DNA of 63,873 nt, filler included, from Octopus bimaculoides (taxonomy: Eukaryota), in the NCBI RefSeq assembly GCF_001194135.2. It is 4 parts of 2 records of this genome, joined end to end, with 100 filler letters (N's around TTAATTAATTAA, not from the genome) between each part and the next. Parts side by side here need not be neighbours in the genome. Positions count along the whole stretch, not along the records: positions 1 to 31,273 come from NC_068987.1; 3 more parts are not named here. One strand, 5' to 3'. Shown one piece after another: positions 1 to 13,284 of the stretch. The position numbers and the translations under genes were made by a program. The number at the start of each line of letters is the position of its first letter. The stretch's first letter is position 1. The notes below the pieces were generated by a model. That model saw only the letters and a program-made list of their open reading frames with translations, had not been told where the DNA came from and did no database searches.

Positions 1-809
1 TATATATGACGTACACACACACACACACACACACGCACACATACGTGTCCATATATGTGTGCAAATATGCGAGTGCATTTGCATTGTTGCATTCATAGAC
101 GGATAGATAAAGAGCGAGATGGAGAGAGAGATGAAGAGAGAGACATGGAGAGAGAGAGAGAGATATCTAGGTCTTACTTATTAAACATTTATAATTAAGA
201 AACAGGTATTTCAAAATTAACGAAATTATTTTTCCTGTATTTACGAGACGGTGTCCTATTTACAATGAAACAGCAAAACTAATGAAATGAGACACGTTCC
301 ACACTGTACTGTGTATCATTTCACATATTCATACACACATACATATAATTGTAAGATCATATCATTAAACAAAGCACTGAGTTGCTGCGTTGGAAATCCC
401 TACGCCATTAATATATCACGTTCGCTGAATAATTATCATATTTCTAGAGAAAAGTAATCGGATGACATGCAGTAGAAACGGAATCTTAATAGTGTCGTTG
501 AAAAATTAGTATCTATCTATCTACCTAATTATCTACCAAAGATCATTTCTTAAGTATGTGTCGCAACGGTATCCGATTCTATTGAGCGGATCAACAACAT
601 CACGATGATGTGAGATTGCGTTGAGTCCTGACCGTGAAACAGGTTTTTCTCTATCGTTCGTTTCTCGCCTCTAACGAATGTGAGAAATCTATTGAGGATC
701 GTTCTTAAGAGGTTTAATAAATTCTTAAAGAGGGACTCAATACTTTTTGAGTGATAAGGAAAAAAAAAGAAATACATCTATCTCTTTATCTGCCTATCTC
801 TCTATATAC

Positions 810-1048
810 CCTGTATTGAAGCTGCAAAAACATCACAAAAGCCATCGATATTCAGAGTCTCACTTTCCAGTTTGTCGGGAATGGTTTCGAAGATGGCACA
901 AATGCTTCTACGGGAAGGCGAGTATGTTGATCTGTACGTTTGTATAGCGGGGAAATGATTCTACCAAACATGGGCAATTGGATCGATCGATGTGAGTAAT
1001 TCAAAAAAGTTAGTTACCTTTTGCACGCCATTCGGTTGAACCCTCGTA
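810..1048 (+). mobile_element. Mariner (Tc1/mariner) 3' remnant: transposase C-terminus plus right TIR
   Basis: Frameshifted translation gives ...EWFRRWHKC.../...REGEYVD, matching the mariner C-terminal motif W..RW.KC...GEY. Ends in ...GAACCCTCGTA (reverse complement TACGAGGGTTC, a mariner-type TIR start with TA). Confidence 0.6.
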
Positions 1049-1699
1049 CGTGCATACGTGCATGTTTTTGTATGCACGAATGTATGTATGTATGTAAGTA
1101 TGTATGTATGTATGTATGTATGTGTGCGTGTATGTATGTACATATATATGCACGCAATGTATATATGCAATGTAAGCATGTATGCATAGGAAGAGATAAG
1201 TATATAACTACAGAGGTGTAGAAATACATGTGTATATGTATGTGTGTATATATACAGAGAGAGAGAGAGATGGAAATAGAGATAAGAATACCTAAAGATA
1301 TATACATAGAGGTACGTAATACATTTATATATGTACATGTCACGTGTGTGTGTGTGTGTATGTGTGTGTGTGTGTGTGTGTGTGTCTGTCTCCGTGTGTG
1401 TGTGTTTTACTCACATTGCGACTAATTTTCAGATAAAAAAAATGCCAACTCTAAATTCCAGCTTCGGGGAAATTCAAATTAGATTCCTTCAATACTTAAG
1501 GGACCGTTTTCCAAGAAGCATCTTTTTCTACTTCTTCCATCTTTCCACTTCCTCTAACTTTGCTAAGAACACAACGCTCTTGTTTGATGCATTATTTAAA
1601 TCTTTAGCATTCCACTCTCTTTTCTTTCTTTCTTTCTTTTTCTTTCTTTCTTTCTTTCGCTTCTCTTAATCTCTTTCTTTTTATTCATCTCAGTCGTCA

Positions 1700-2031
1700 C
1701 CTCCCCCCTCTTCCTATCATCTTCCCACCACTTACCTCATTTTCTTTTTGTTTCTCCATTTTCTGCTTTTATTTCGTTGAAATTTTTTGGATGTACTTTG
1801 TTTTCTTCTAATCGTTTTCCTTCGTTTCTTCTTCCACCTCCTCCCAGTCTACATCACCACTACCACTATCATTGTCATCATCATCATCATCATCACCGCG
1901 AAGACGTCCTCATCTTCGTTCATTTTGTCATTATTCAGACTCGTCATCTACCTTCTCCCGCTACTCTTCATTTTACTACTTCCACTAATACTAATACTAG
2001 AGCTACAAGTTCTAGCACTTCTGACACTGCG

Positions 2032-2068
<37 letters not shown>

Positions 2069-2314
2069 CAGCAGTCTGTATCAATTCTCCATTTGATTAA
2101 TGATACACTACATTACCACATAAAGCAACACAAAAACCAACATTATCGGTTCAACGCGTTCCTTTGTCCATTTTGCACAACTCACTCTTTTCTGTTCTAT
2201 CGGATGTCTTTCTTTTTAACTATATTTGTTGTTATCGGTGTCACTTCCGTTATTACCGTTGTCATAATCCTTCCGTTTCTCTTCTTCTTCTACTTTAACT
2301 ACTAACTACTGCTG

Positions 2315-2371
<57 letters not shown>

Positions 2372-2730
2372 TTACTACTACTACTAACGCCACCACTATC
2401 ACCACCACTACCACCACCACTACAGCTACTACTATAACTACCACTACTACTACCGCCACCACCAGTACTACCAACTCTACTACTACTACTACTTTCTTCT
2501 ACTACTCCCCTCATTATTCTACTTCTTCTACATCCGTTTCTTATTTTCTTCTCTTCTTTATTCATCTTCTTCTCTTCCTCCTCCTCCTTATTTTCTTTTC
2601 CTCCTTATCTTATTTTCTTCTATTCCTTTTTTCCTCTTCTCCTCCTCATTTTCTTCTTCTTCACCTCCTCCTCCTCCTCCTCCTCCTTATTTTCTTCTTT
2701 TCATTTTCGTCTTCTTCTTCTTCGTCGTCC
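1700..2730. repeat. Compound trinucleotide low-complexity block (CAT, CAG, TAC/CAC, CTC/CTT)
   Basis: Directly visible runs; these explain the poly-H, poly-A, poly-Q and poly-S ORFs. Confidence 0.9.
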
Positions 2731-3109
2731 ATGTCTGCTACTGTTTCTATGTATTTAATGTATAACTGCTCGTGCTTCCTAGCGTCTTGTGCATAACAGA
2801 TGTGATACAATTTTTCATATTATTGTTCAGCCCTAGGTCAGCCCCCATCCAGTGGTAGGAACACCGCCTTTATACCACTCACAATGTATATTAGAGTTAC
2901 AGTAAACATCATAACCGGAATATCGGTGTGGAATTTGAATCTATTTAGCTAGTATTTCAAGAAAACTTTGGCACTACACTGAGACCAAAATTTACAGAAA
3001 TGACTTCCCGGTCAACGGAAATTCTACCATGGCATATTCTACAACCAGGAATTTAGTTTTTTGACCATTATCTAACTGTATACTCTATCATGTATAATTG
3101 CAGTGATGC

Positions 3110-3545
3110 ATCAACAAGGATTACTTTGGCTCGGGTGGAAAGAAGACAAGAAAAGACGTCAAATTTCTAAGTTGCCGGCGTAGTTTCTGTTTTGGTCGCT
3201 CAGAGATCAGGGGGTCTCTACAGGTTGATCCCCTACTTTTCCGCATTGAGAAATCACAACTCCAGTTCTGTGGACATGGGGGATGTCGCAGGAAAGGATC
3301 GCAAGACAGATTCTTCGAGCCGAGCCAACCAACTGGAGACTTTAGAGTAGACGAAGAACGAAATCTTTGGATAATGCCCATAGTGTCTGTTCGAACACTT
3401 GGGAATCCAACGGAAAACTCCATTGTCGGTTGTTTCTCATAAAACCCTCAGGGGAGGTGCCTGATTACATTTTCCTTCGAGTAATACTAGGAGGAGGAGA
3501 TGGATGTGTATAGAGATGGGTGGAGGCATGGATGATGATGACTAT
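3110..3545 (+). mobile_element. Decayed RTE-clade LINE 3' fragment (RT C-terminal region)
   Basis: Across frameshifts: LLWLGWKEDK..., EKSQLQFCGH..., ARQILRAEPTNWR..SRRRT. This resembles the RTE C-terminal pattern (L.I.W....N..V / QL.F.GH / A..IL...P....R.RGR.R) and is followed by a (GAT)n tail. Confidence 0.6.
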
Positions 3546-3624
3546 AATGTGTCATCCATACTTCCATGGAAGAACGTGAAGAATTCAATTCCTACGATCT
3601 TTCTCTGCCGTTTTCTTTTAAACA

Positions 3625-3805
3625 TTTACCTTTTATTTGTTCCGATTGGACGGCAGCCATACTGAAAAATCGATCCCGGTACTTATTCTTTAAGCTTATT
3701 CTATCGGACTCTTTTGCCGAACCGCTAAGTCACGGGGACGTAAACACACCAGCATCGGTTTTCAAGCGATGTTGTGGGGACAAACACAAACACACAAACA
3801 TATGC

Positions 3806-3855
<50 letters not shown>

Positions 3856-4016
3856 GACGGGCTTGTTTCAGTTTCCGTCTACCAAATCCACTCACAAGGG
3901 TTTGGTTGGCCTGAGGCGATAGTAGAAGACACTTGCCCAAGGTGCCACGCAGTGGGACTGAACCCGGAACCATGCGGTTCGTAAGAAAGCTACTTAATAC
4001 ACACCCACTCCTGTGT
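3625..4016 (-). mobile_element. tRNA-derived SINE family A, near full length, internal (TA)n
   Basis: Reverse complement has a tRNA-like head, CCTTGGGCAAGTGTCTT, GGAAACTGAAACAAGCCCGTCGTATA and an internal microsatellite. Near-identical to the copies at 15388 and 37778. Confidence 0.85.
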
Positions 4017-4724
4017 ATGTATGTATGTATGTATGTATATATGTATGTATGTATGCATGTATGTATGTACGTATGCAATGTTAACGTAGGTCGGTTTTGA
4101 ACACAGAACGCACAGATCGGGAATAGGCCCCCAAAAATATATCCAATCTCCCATCCTGACGACTCTGTCACAATTAATGTGACAGCCCTTTCTTGAAATA
4201 GATTTACCTGGCGTTCATATATTTTATGTAATTAGCTGGTGATTTTAATTACAGTTACAATTAGTATAAGGATAATAAACTAGCTTAATGAATGTTTCAC
4301 AAAGATTAACAGTGGGAGACAGTCCACATCGTTTCATTTTATTGAATTTATTATAATCGATCATGATGGAGGAACAGTCTAATCTATATTAGAATGATGA
4401 CAACTTAGGGCATGTTTCTGTTTAATTATATCTTTTCAGTAAAGATTTGTCACTGTATTACAATATTACCAGGATGAAGACAATTGAAGAGCATAAGGTC
4501 TGGGAATAACCCGAACACGAACAATCTTGAAAAATGTTAATATGTATACGTGTGTGTGTGGGCGGGGGATGTGTATGCGTACATGTGTACGTATGTCGGT
4601 GTATTCGAAAGAGATTTCGTTAAGAATACATTGAAAGTTAATACACTGACCTACATTCCTTCAATCATTCTGTATTTAATTCCTCTCGTCTATAAATCCA
4701 AACGAATATGTATGCATGGAGGTG

Positions 4725-4789
<65 letters not shown>

Positions 4790-5636
4790 AGGGAGAGAGT
4801 GTGAGTGGTACATATATACATTCATATATATATGCATTTATGTGTCATTGTTCAGTTTCATTTCAAGATTTCCTATGTATGCACGTATGTATAGATGTAC
4901 GTATGTGTATATGTTCGTATGTGTGTGAGCGTGTGTGTCTTCACACATACACAGCACATATATATATGATGTGATATATGTAGTTAATGTGAGACATGCC
5001 TACTAGGAAGCGGGTTGGTCGGGGGCGGAGGGGGGAGGCGTGGGCCATAGGACCACATCAGACAGAAACAATCTCAAACGATCAATAGAAGCAGCGAGAA
5101 AGTGGCATCCAAAACAGGAGTAGTGGCGCAACTGCTCAACATGTGTGACGAAGCACTCACCAATTGTTACGCTACATTAATTTCTATGCTATACAAACAG
5201 CATATTGTAAAAAACCATATCGAAATTTATTTCAAGTGCTGCCAACTAATGAAAACTGACCTCGTGGCGCCTTACAACCAACCAAATCGAAATCATATTT
5301 TGTATATACATAATTATCAATTTACAGTTTGGAGAAGTGGTTTTATATATTTCTTTAAAGACTTGTATATTTATATTTTTGTTTATCCGTCTATTTATTA
5401 ATGTATTCCATGTTTCCTTATCTCTATTGAATAGATATTGATTCTTAATATACAAAGAATTTTTATATTTATCCATTGGAAATAGGGAAATAAGAATTAT
5501 CCAATATTTTCTTCGGGCAATATTGATAGTCGATACGATGTGTATCTACTTATCTCTTGTAGATATCGCATACTTAATCCTAAATTCGTATATAAATGAT
5601 ACACACACACTAAAATATACATACATACATACATGT

Positions 5637-5955
5637 GAAGGCACGTGGTTTAGTGGTTAGGGTTTTCTGCTCACGATCATAATGTTGTGAGTTCGGTTCC
5701 CGACGGTGCGTTGTATCCTCACGTAAGATATTTTATTTCACGTTAATCCAGTGAACTCAGGTGGCAAAAATGTGTAATTTAAAAGGTCAGCATCACATTC
5801 TGCGTCACGCTGGATCCTGCCCCCAGCCGCGAACTACGTTATGGGTATGCATGTCTGTGGAGTACTCAGCCACTTGCACGGTGATTTCACGAGCAGGCTA
5901 TTCCGTCGATTGGATGAATCGGAACCCTCGTCGTTGTAACCGATGGAGTGCCAGT
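5637..5955 (+). mobile_element. tRNA-derived SINE family C, full length
   Basis: Head GGCACGTGGTTTAGTGGTTAGG (A box) ... GTTCGGTTCCC (B box); body matches the minus-strand copies at 18975 and 20698. Confidence 0.85.
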
Positions 5956-5959
5956 ACAG

Positions 5960-6172
5960 GCATACATACTAATTTATCCAGATCACAAGTTCCGGTTTAT
6001 ACCTGTAATTATTGGGGCCCTGGGATATGTAACACACTGCCTATATACAAATCTCGAGAAATTAGGCTTCTCAAAATCAGAAATGAGAAAGCTAATTCGA
6101 AGACTACAGATCCAATCCATCACTGGAACTGTAAAAATCTGTAAAGCTTTCCAGAAGTTTATCGTTTAAATA
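5960..6172 (+). mobile_element. R4/RLE-type non-LTR retrotransposon, ORF C-terminus
   Basis: YPDHKFRFIPVIIGALGYVTHCL...LEKLG...LQIQSITGTVKICKAF matches the terminal IPVVIGALG...LQ...GT..I motif of RLE (R4-like) LINEs. Confidence 0.7.
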
Positions 6173-6194
6173 TAGATGAGCATTTTCCTTTCTT

Positions 6195-6430
6195 TGCTCT
6201 AGCTACCATTACTTATAAGACTTGCCAACTTTTCAGAGTAGTCAGACTTGTTCATCACCACTGTAGCATTTCCCTTGTCCGCTGGAAGTATTATGCCGGA
6301 ATCGTCACTCTGTAGTCTTTTGATAGCGAACTTTTCTTCCTTAGTGATGTTTGGTTGAGGAGTTGTTTGCTTCTTTCTGGTTCCTGTCTCACCTTCCACC
6401 TTACTTCATCTCCCAGGCTTGCATGCGTTA
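6195..6430 (-). mobile_element. Penelope-like element fragment (region N-terminal to RT core)
   Basis: PNITKEEKFAIKRLQSDDSGIILPADKGNATVVMNKSDYSEKL contains the PLE hallmark N.T.EE...I..L..D...I.PADKGNATVVM...DY..K. Confidence 0.85.
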
Positions 6431-6864
6431 GTTCGATGACCTGGGTTGAACATGAATAACAGGAAAGACGTCGGTGATGCCCTCTTTACCTCCAACCTTC
6501 CAATTCCAGACGTTCCACTGGGTGCGTATGGCTCCGCGTGACAATAGAGGCACCTGAAAGAAGTAACGAAAGCCTGGTATAGTTTATTAAGCCACCCAGA
6601 CCCACGACCAGCGCCAGCTGGAATTGTACTTGTACCTCTGTACATATGTATTCAAGCTTAAATCTATCTGAAATATACACACATATTCATACATTTAGGC
6701 TTATACCTACAGAAATGTGCGTACTCATGTGTATCTATAACTACACATGTATGTAGATGTGTGCATGAATGTGTATATATGTATTACATTATATTGTGCA
6801 TGTATATATGTGTCTATATCTGTATATAAGTATGTGTATGTGTGTGTATATATATACATATATC

Positions 6865-6896
<32 letters not shown>

Positions 6897-7241
6897 TGCA
6901 TGAATTTCCTTGTCGAATGTGCACATATATTCGCGGCTCATATTCCTGGCTAAACGTATCGTTTGCTATAATTTGATTGGTTGGTTATCTTTACTGCTGT
7001 TTAGTATATTATTGGCTTATCTCGCTCATGTTTCAAATTATTGGTTTCTTTCAATGGTGTTTGCTAGTTTTTTTCAACAGTTTCTCATTGATACATTCCA
7101 CACACAAATAGAATTATTTTATTCAGCACCACTAGTTCAGAAATTTAAAACTTTGGATATTCCGTGTGCTTTTTGGAGCAGACAAAAGGAGACCTGCTAT
7201 GCAAATGCTTCTCAGTCAGAGCACGTTGCAATGTGGTCGGC

Positions 7242-7352
7242 CTAAATAATGCCAAAGTTGATATAGAACCTGTGCGTGTGATTATTACTGGCATAATGAC
7301 CCTCCCGAGATAGAACAAAATCTGTTTCAACGGAAGCATTCTCGTCAGGAAT
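7242..7352 (-). CDS. Candidate terminal coding exon of the minus-strand gene (IPDENASVETDFVLSREGHYASNNHTHRFYINFGII*)
   Basis: Strong acceptor TTTTTCTATTTGCTTTCAAG, TAG at 7244-7242 and AATAAA at 7123-7118. Reading frame is uncertain: a second frame is open to 7145. Confidence 0.35.
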   Translation of the reverse strand: MPDENASVETDFVLSREGHYASNNHTHRFYINFGII

Positions 7353-7846
7353 CTTGAAAGCAAATAGAAAAACTTGAATTCAATTTTATACTAAGAGCAA
7401 AGAATGAAAAAAATACGTTTGTGTAATTTGGACAACTACTATGGCGGCTACTGAATTCATTGCTACTGCAACTACTACCGCTACAGCTGCTGCTACGACC
7501 ACTGCTGCGACAGCTGCTGCCACTACTTCTGCTGCTTCGACGGCTACTACTGCTGCTGTTGCGCTTATTAGGTACTAACTAATAGGAGATATATACTTTG
7601 GGTTTCCCTGCTAATCTTTTCATCCGCATGATGATCCCGAGGTAGGATCCATTTGCATTAATTGACCAACACATTCATTTAGCAACACCGCCACCCTATT
7701 AACATTCCACTCTGGCGCAATTTGAACTCAGGCGTTAAAGAGTATTTTATTAAAACACGTTAGGTCTTTTTGCCAGCCACCGTTCTAATTCTGACATCCA
7801 CCGACCATACAAATAAAGCTAAATAACAAATATTACATAGACAACC

Positions 7847-7897
<51 letters not shown>

Positions 7898-8076
7898 GTC
7901 ACTGACACATCTACTCAAGCACTTGACGGGCATAAACAGTATTTTAGAAGTTGAATATGTTCCAAGCCTGAGGCTAATTGCACAATTGAAATGCATTCCA
8001 TGAAACTGTTCGTTGTACACAAGCCAGGTTCTTCGATAGACATACATACACACGCACATACATAAAGGTATGAATG

Positions 8077-8132
<56 letters not shown>

Positions 8133-8915
8133 CGTGTGTGTGTGTGTGTATGTATGTATGTATAACATGTCTGTGTCTGCGCAAGTGTGTAAAATACCTA
8201 TAGATACATAATCTGTTTATGTGTATGTATATGCGCGTGTATCATTCTGATTGTCTACTATGGCGCTGGCCGACCAAGTCTGCCGATATATCACAACTTA
8301 GAGAAACCCCCAGTCACCACACTGGGCCGCTGGAAATGGTATTTGTGTATAAATATTTGGCCGAAGACTTCAAATGTTAACTGTATGCTGCCCACAACAA
8401 TAAATATCTTACAGAAAATTGCAAGAGGCGAATTGGCAGGCTCTTGAAATTATAACTTCCAATCCTGCCGAAGTCACCTCTGCCTTTCAATTTTCGGGAT
8501 CGACTAAGCCAAGCGTCAGTCGAATATTAGGGTCGCAGTAATCTAAGTAACCTAATGCTTAGCGGTATTTCGCCTGCCGTTACGTTCTGAGTTCAAATAT
8601 ATGTATATATATATGTGTGTGTGTGTATATGTATATATATATGTACGCATATATATATATGTGTATGTGTATATATATGTATATATGTGTGTGTGCGTGC
8701 ATGAGTGTATGAGTGTTAGTCAATATTACTATATATTNNNNNNNNNNNNNNNNNNNNNNNNNNNNNNNNNNNNNNNNNNNNNNNNNNNNNNNNNNNNNNN
8801 NNNNNNNNNNNNNNNNNNNNNNNNNNNNNNNNNNNNNNNNNNNNNNNNNNNNNNNNNNNNNNNNNNNNNNNNNNNNNNNNNNNNNNNNNNNNNNNNNNNN
8901 NNNNNNNNNNNNNNN

Positions 8916-8956
<41 letters not shown>

Positions 8957-9888
8957 ATATGTATATATGTGTATATATGTATATATATATATATATGTGT
9001 GTGTGTGTATATGTATATATATATGTACGCATATATATATATGTGTATGTGTATATATATGTATATATGTGTGTGTGCGTGCATGAGTGTATGAGTGTTA
9101 GTCAATATTACTATATATTACTATTTCATATACATACATATATTTATATTAATATGTATGAACAAGCTGTAATTATATGGGCAATTATGTGCGTTCATGC
9201 GTGTTTATATGTGCATATCTATGTGCATATATATATATATATATATCATTTAACTTTGAATCATATATATATGTATTTATGTCTATATTATTATTATTGT
9301 TGTTGTTGTTATTAAGCTCGAAAGTGCAAAGTAATATTTGTAAGCAACGAAAACGTATTGCATCTTAGCACCTTCACACACATACACATGCACACACACA
9401 TTAATTTGCGCATACACCTACTCACAATACCACGCATTGATATACAATCTCATATTTGTAGATCAATGCATAGTTACATTGTCGTGTTCATACATATATT
9501 CCTGTTTACACGCATATATACATGTGTACATGCATGTGTGTTTGTGTGCGTGCGTGCGTGTGTGTGTGTGCATGTGTGTTTCTCAATGATGACTTTTCTA
9601 GATGAAAGCGTGGCAGGCCTCCATGTGTTAATTTACTATGTCACATATAACCCTCTCCTATTCCACTTCGTTCCACATTTTCTTTCCTCTTGAATAATCC
9701 GTCTAATACAACCTCATATATAAAGCAATGTTTGTTTCCAATCTTTGCTACTGTTACATTTAATTTATAGAGTTTTTATTAGGGAGGATGTTCGAGTGGC
9801 ATGATACATTTGCTAAGGTTTTCTTTGCAATTCATATAAATATTACTGTATCTCATTAATATGCTGATCCTTTACCCCAGCTCAATAC

Positions 9889-9993
9889 CATAAAATCCTC
9901 AATGCCGATGTCAGATTCTCCGAACAATAACAATATTGGCCGCCCCAGTACACTGCTGGCTTATCTCTGATCCAATAGCCTTCCCCATATATC
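9889..9993 (-). CDS. Candidate internal exon (IYGEGYWIRDKPAVYWGGQYCYCSENLTSALRIL)
   Basis: Acceptor TTAACAG and donor GTATTG; 105 nt, phase 2 to 2; unique non-repetitive sequence; the other two frames contain stops. Confidence 0.45.
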
Positions 9994-10509
9994 CTGTTAA
10001 CATATTAGAAAATTCCTTCTTCTTTGCCGTTAAAATGACAAAATAGAAAATTTATGGACGAGCTTGGTATCATCCAATCAGAGTTAAACCTGCACGGTTA
10101 ATTAAATTCTGTTTCTAATTAAGATTTTCATCTTTCCGAAAACTTTAAATTCTTCTTGTTTCACTGTATTTTATTTCTTTATTTATTTCTTATTCATGTG
10201 GTTCCAGATTCTATGTTTTCTTTTTCTTTGCAACTTGTTAATTATCAGATAAGATCCTCACTCAACGTTTAGGGTTAGCCAGTTCCGGTTTGCTAAATAA
10301 CATAATTAAAATCTACAAAATATAAACAAGAAGAACAGTGTTAATTTATCACAGTCAACACTGACACCAAAGTACAGCATCATAAATTCCTTTAGATCAT
10401 ACCAATTTCAGTGATTTCTCTATAGATATAATGCCGTAACCCACATCTAGATCACGTCTTCGTTACTCCTGCTTCTCTCCTAAACGTTGATATTTTTCTT
10501 CTTACTCAC

Positions 10510-10551
10510 ATTTTTCGCTTTTCTTGAATATTTAGCAGAGTCTGTAGATTT
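10510..10551 (-). CDS. Candidate 42-nt exon (KSTDSAKYSRKAKN or NLQTLLNIQEKRK)
   Basis: Acceptor TTTGTTTAG and consensus donor GTGAGT; frame ambiguous. Confidence 0.25.
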
Positions 10552-10822
10552 CTAAACAAACGAACTATTCACTCTTTCCCGACTTTCTCTCTGTCTCTTT
10601 TCTTTCTCTCTTTCCATATATCTATTTATCTATATCTATACACACATACACACATATACATACACACATACACACAGACGCACACACACACAGACACACA
10701 CACATATATATATAAGTATGTATTTCTTCCGTCCTCTCCATTACTAAATCATTCAATAAAGTTTATCAACGAACTGTGTGCACCAATGTTAAATGTAAAT
10801 GGTTGGATCACATTTACTTTGC

Positions 10823-10927
<105 letters not shown>

Positions 10928-11224
10928 ACACACACTCACATATATATATATATATATAACTGCGACAAAAAAGCTTCCAGATACGATCGGTCTATGTTTT
11001 TACCATTCCTAGTGTATAAAATATCAAACTCAACTTCCATTTTCTTAAGATGACTGCATCAGATTTGAGGTTAATTTAACTGCTATTTCTATCAAGTTCA
11101 TTGATATGTAAAGATTACAGCATTGGTTTGTATCTACTCTGATACACTGTTGAAATTATATGCAGATTTACACACGGACAGAAATGAGTACGGTGATACG
11201 CCTGTACTTTATTCTTTTCTACTG

Positions 11225-11615
11225 TAGGCACAAGGCCCGAAATTTTGGGGAAGGGGGCCAGTCGGTTAGATCGACCCCAATACGTAACTGGTACTTAATT
11301 TATCGACCCGAAAAGGATGAAAGGCAAAGGCGGAATTTGAACTCAGAACGTAAAGACATTTCTCCCGGTGTGCTAACGATTCTTATTTCTTTATTTCCAC
11401 AAGGGGCTAAACATAGAGGGAACAAACAAGGACAAACAAAGTGATTAAGTCGATTACATCGACCCCAGTGCGTAAGTGGTACTTAATTTAACGACCCCGA
11501 ATGGGTGAAAGGCAAAGTCGACCTTAGCGGAATTTGAACTCAGAACATAACGGTAAACGAAATACCGCTAAGCATTTCTCCCGGCGTGCTAACGTTTCTG
11601 CCAGCTCGCCGCCTT
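11225..11615 (-). mobile_element. Two tandem SINE family B copies (one truncated)
   Basis: Repeated AGTACTTAATTTA.CGACCCCGAA.GG.TGAAAGGCAAAG..GCGGAATTTGAACTCAGAAC; head ends ...CCAGCTCGCCGCCTT at about 11615. Confidence 0.85.
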
Positions 11616-11918
11616 ATACCCCTGTACATTATTATCGGAAGGACACGTACACTGAAACATGGGCTCGTGTTACACAGATGTATTCTCGAAGTACGTGTTT
11701 GCCACGTATATTGTAGCATGTAAGAATGACAAGGTGTTCGATTCACAGTTAAGAATACTCTAGTCACATATCACATAACATCACGTGTCTGAGACTAGAG
11801 CATCACTCACATAAACAATACATTTCTAAATAAAACATGTTAAAATTATATTACTATGTGGAATACGCGCACGCGCGCATACACACGCGCCCACACATAC
11901 ACGCACAAAGAGAGAGAG

Positions 11919-11960
<42 letters not shown>

Positions 11961-12207
11961 TATTTATACGCGTAAATAATGTATTACATGAGTAAAGCGC
12001 ACAAAATACACAGTAAAATTAAATATTTACGTTTTAAAGGTGTTAGACAAGTTCTAAGATGTAAATTTAGTGTTTGCTTGTGTATGCGTGCGCAAGCTTA
12101 TATAGGTGTGAATGTGTGTACATATATGTATGTGTTTATATGTGCCTATATATGTGTGTGATGGATGTAAAAATATAGAATACATATGAACATAGATATA
12201 AATATAG

Positions 12208-12288
<81 letters not shown>

Positions 12289-13284
12289 CAGAGAGAGAGA
12301 GAGAGAGAGAGAGAGCTATACACAAACACATTCATACACATATATGTTGTCTGTGCCTGTCTGTCTGTGTATCTATGCTTGTACACGTAGGTACGTCTGG
12401 AACTATGAGTGCATAGTTAGAAATTCCAATCAATAAACTGCATGTACAGTACCAGCTTGTAATGAAATTGCCGTGTAAACTAGGAGTATTCAATCAAGAT
12501 TCTGGAAAAGTTCGTTAAATTCTTCAGCTCGTCTACATGTAACTAAACTAGACGTCTCTTGTGATCTTCAGAAACTAGACATTTATCTAACATTGGAATA
12601 ATATGAGAGAGAGAGGTCTTTAATTTCGGAGTCTCCCGTAGGAAAGTTTTGAGTTAATTAAAAGTAGAAAATGGCGTAGTGACAATATTTCCCGCCTGAA
12701 GTTCTAAACATTTTTCGACGAACGGAATTACAAGAAAGTCTTTCACTTAAATAGCTTCAGACATCAATGTTAGATTTTGTATTCTTCAAGTTAAAATATC
12801 CAATAATATGAGATGAAAAGGAAATGTAATAATTTTACTAATATATTTGGTCTTAAAGTAATTAAATTGTAACGATTCACACGTGAGATGTTCCAGCATG
12901 GCCATAGACATGATCGTTGACATCGATAATAGCGTTTAAGTCAATTCTGTCTTTTCTTCTAAATTTCCTATCGAAGGTCCACTGTCCGAAAAATTGAACA
13001 CTAGAGTTTATCCTTTCAGCTTAAAACAAATTACGCTACCCAGTCAACTTTTGCTTTCTGTCCTTCTTGTTCCTTTTTTTCCCGATATATTTTCCCCGGA
13101 TTGCCGTTGGAGTACGATCTATCACCGGATTATCGACAACGCTGGAATTGTTGGTACTCAGGAATTGTTTTCATTCATTTTTGCTACTTGTAATAATTAC
13201 CTGCTCGTAAGAGTTCAAACGAAATACCAACCTACTTACAAACACATGTATACGCTATCTTCGCTAACCACTACACACATTTTT

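Noticed and set aside
1777-2565. His-, Ala-, Gln- and Ser-rich ORFs
   Set aside because: Open in several frames only because of triplet repeats.
5637-5712. tRNA-like sequence with A and B boxes (also 20945-21022)
   Set aside because: It is a SINE head: no complete acceptor stem, and it continues into the repeat body.
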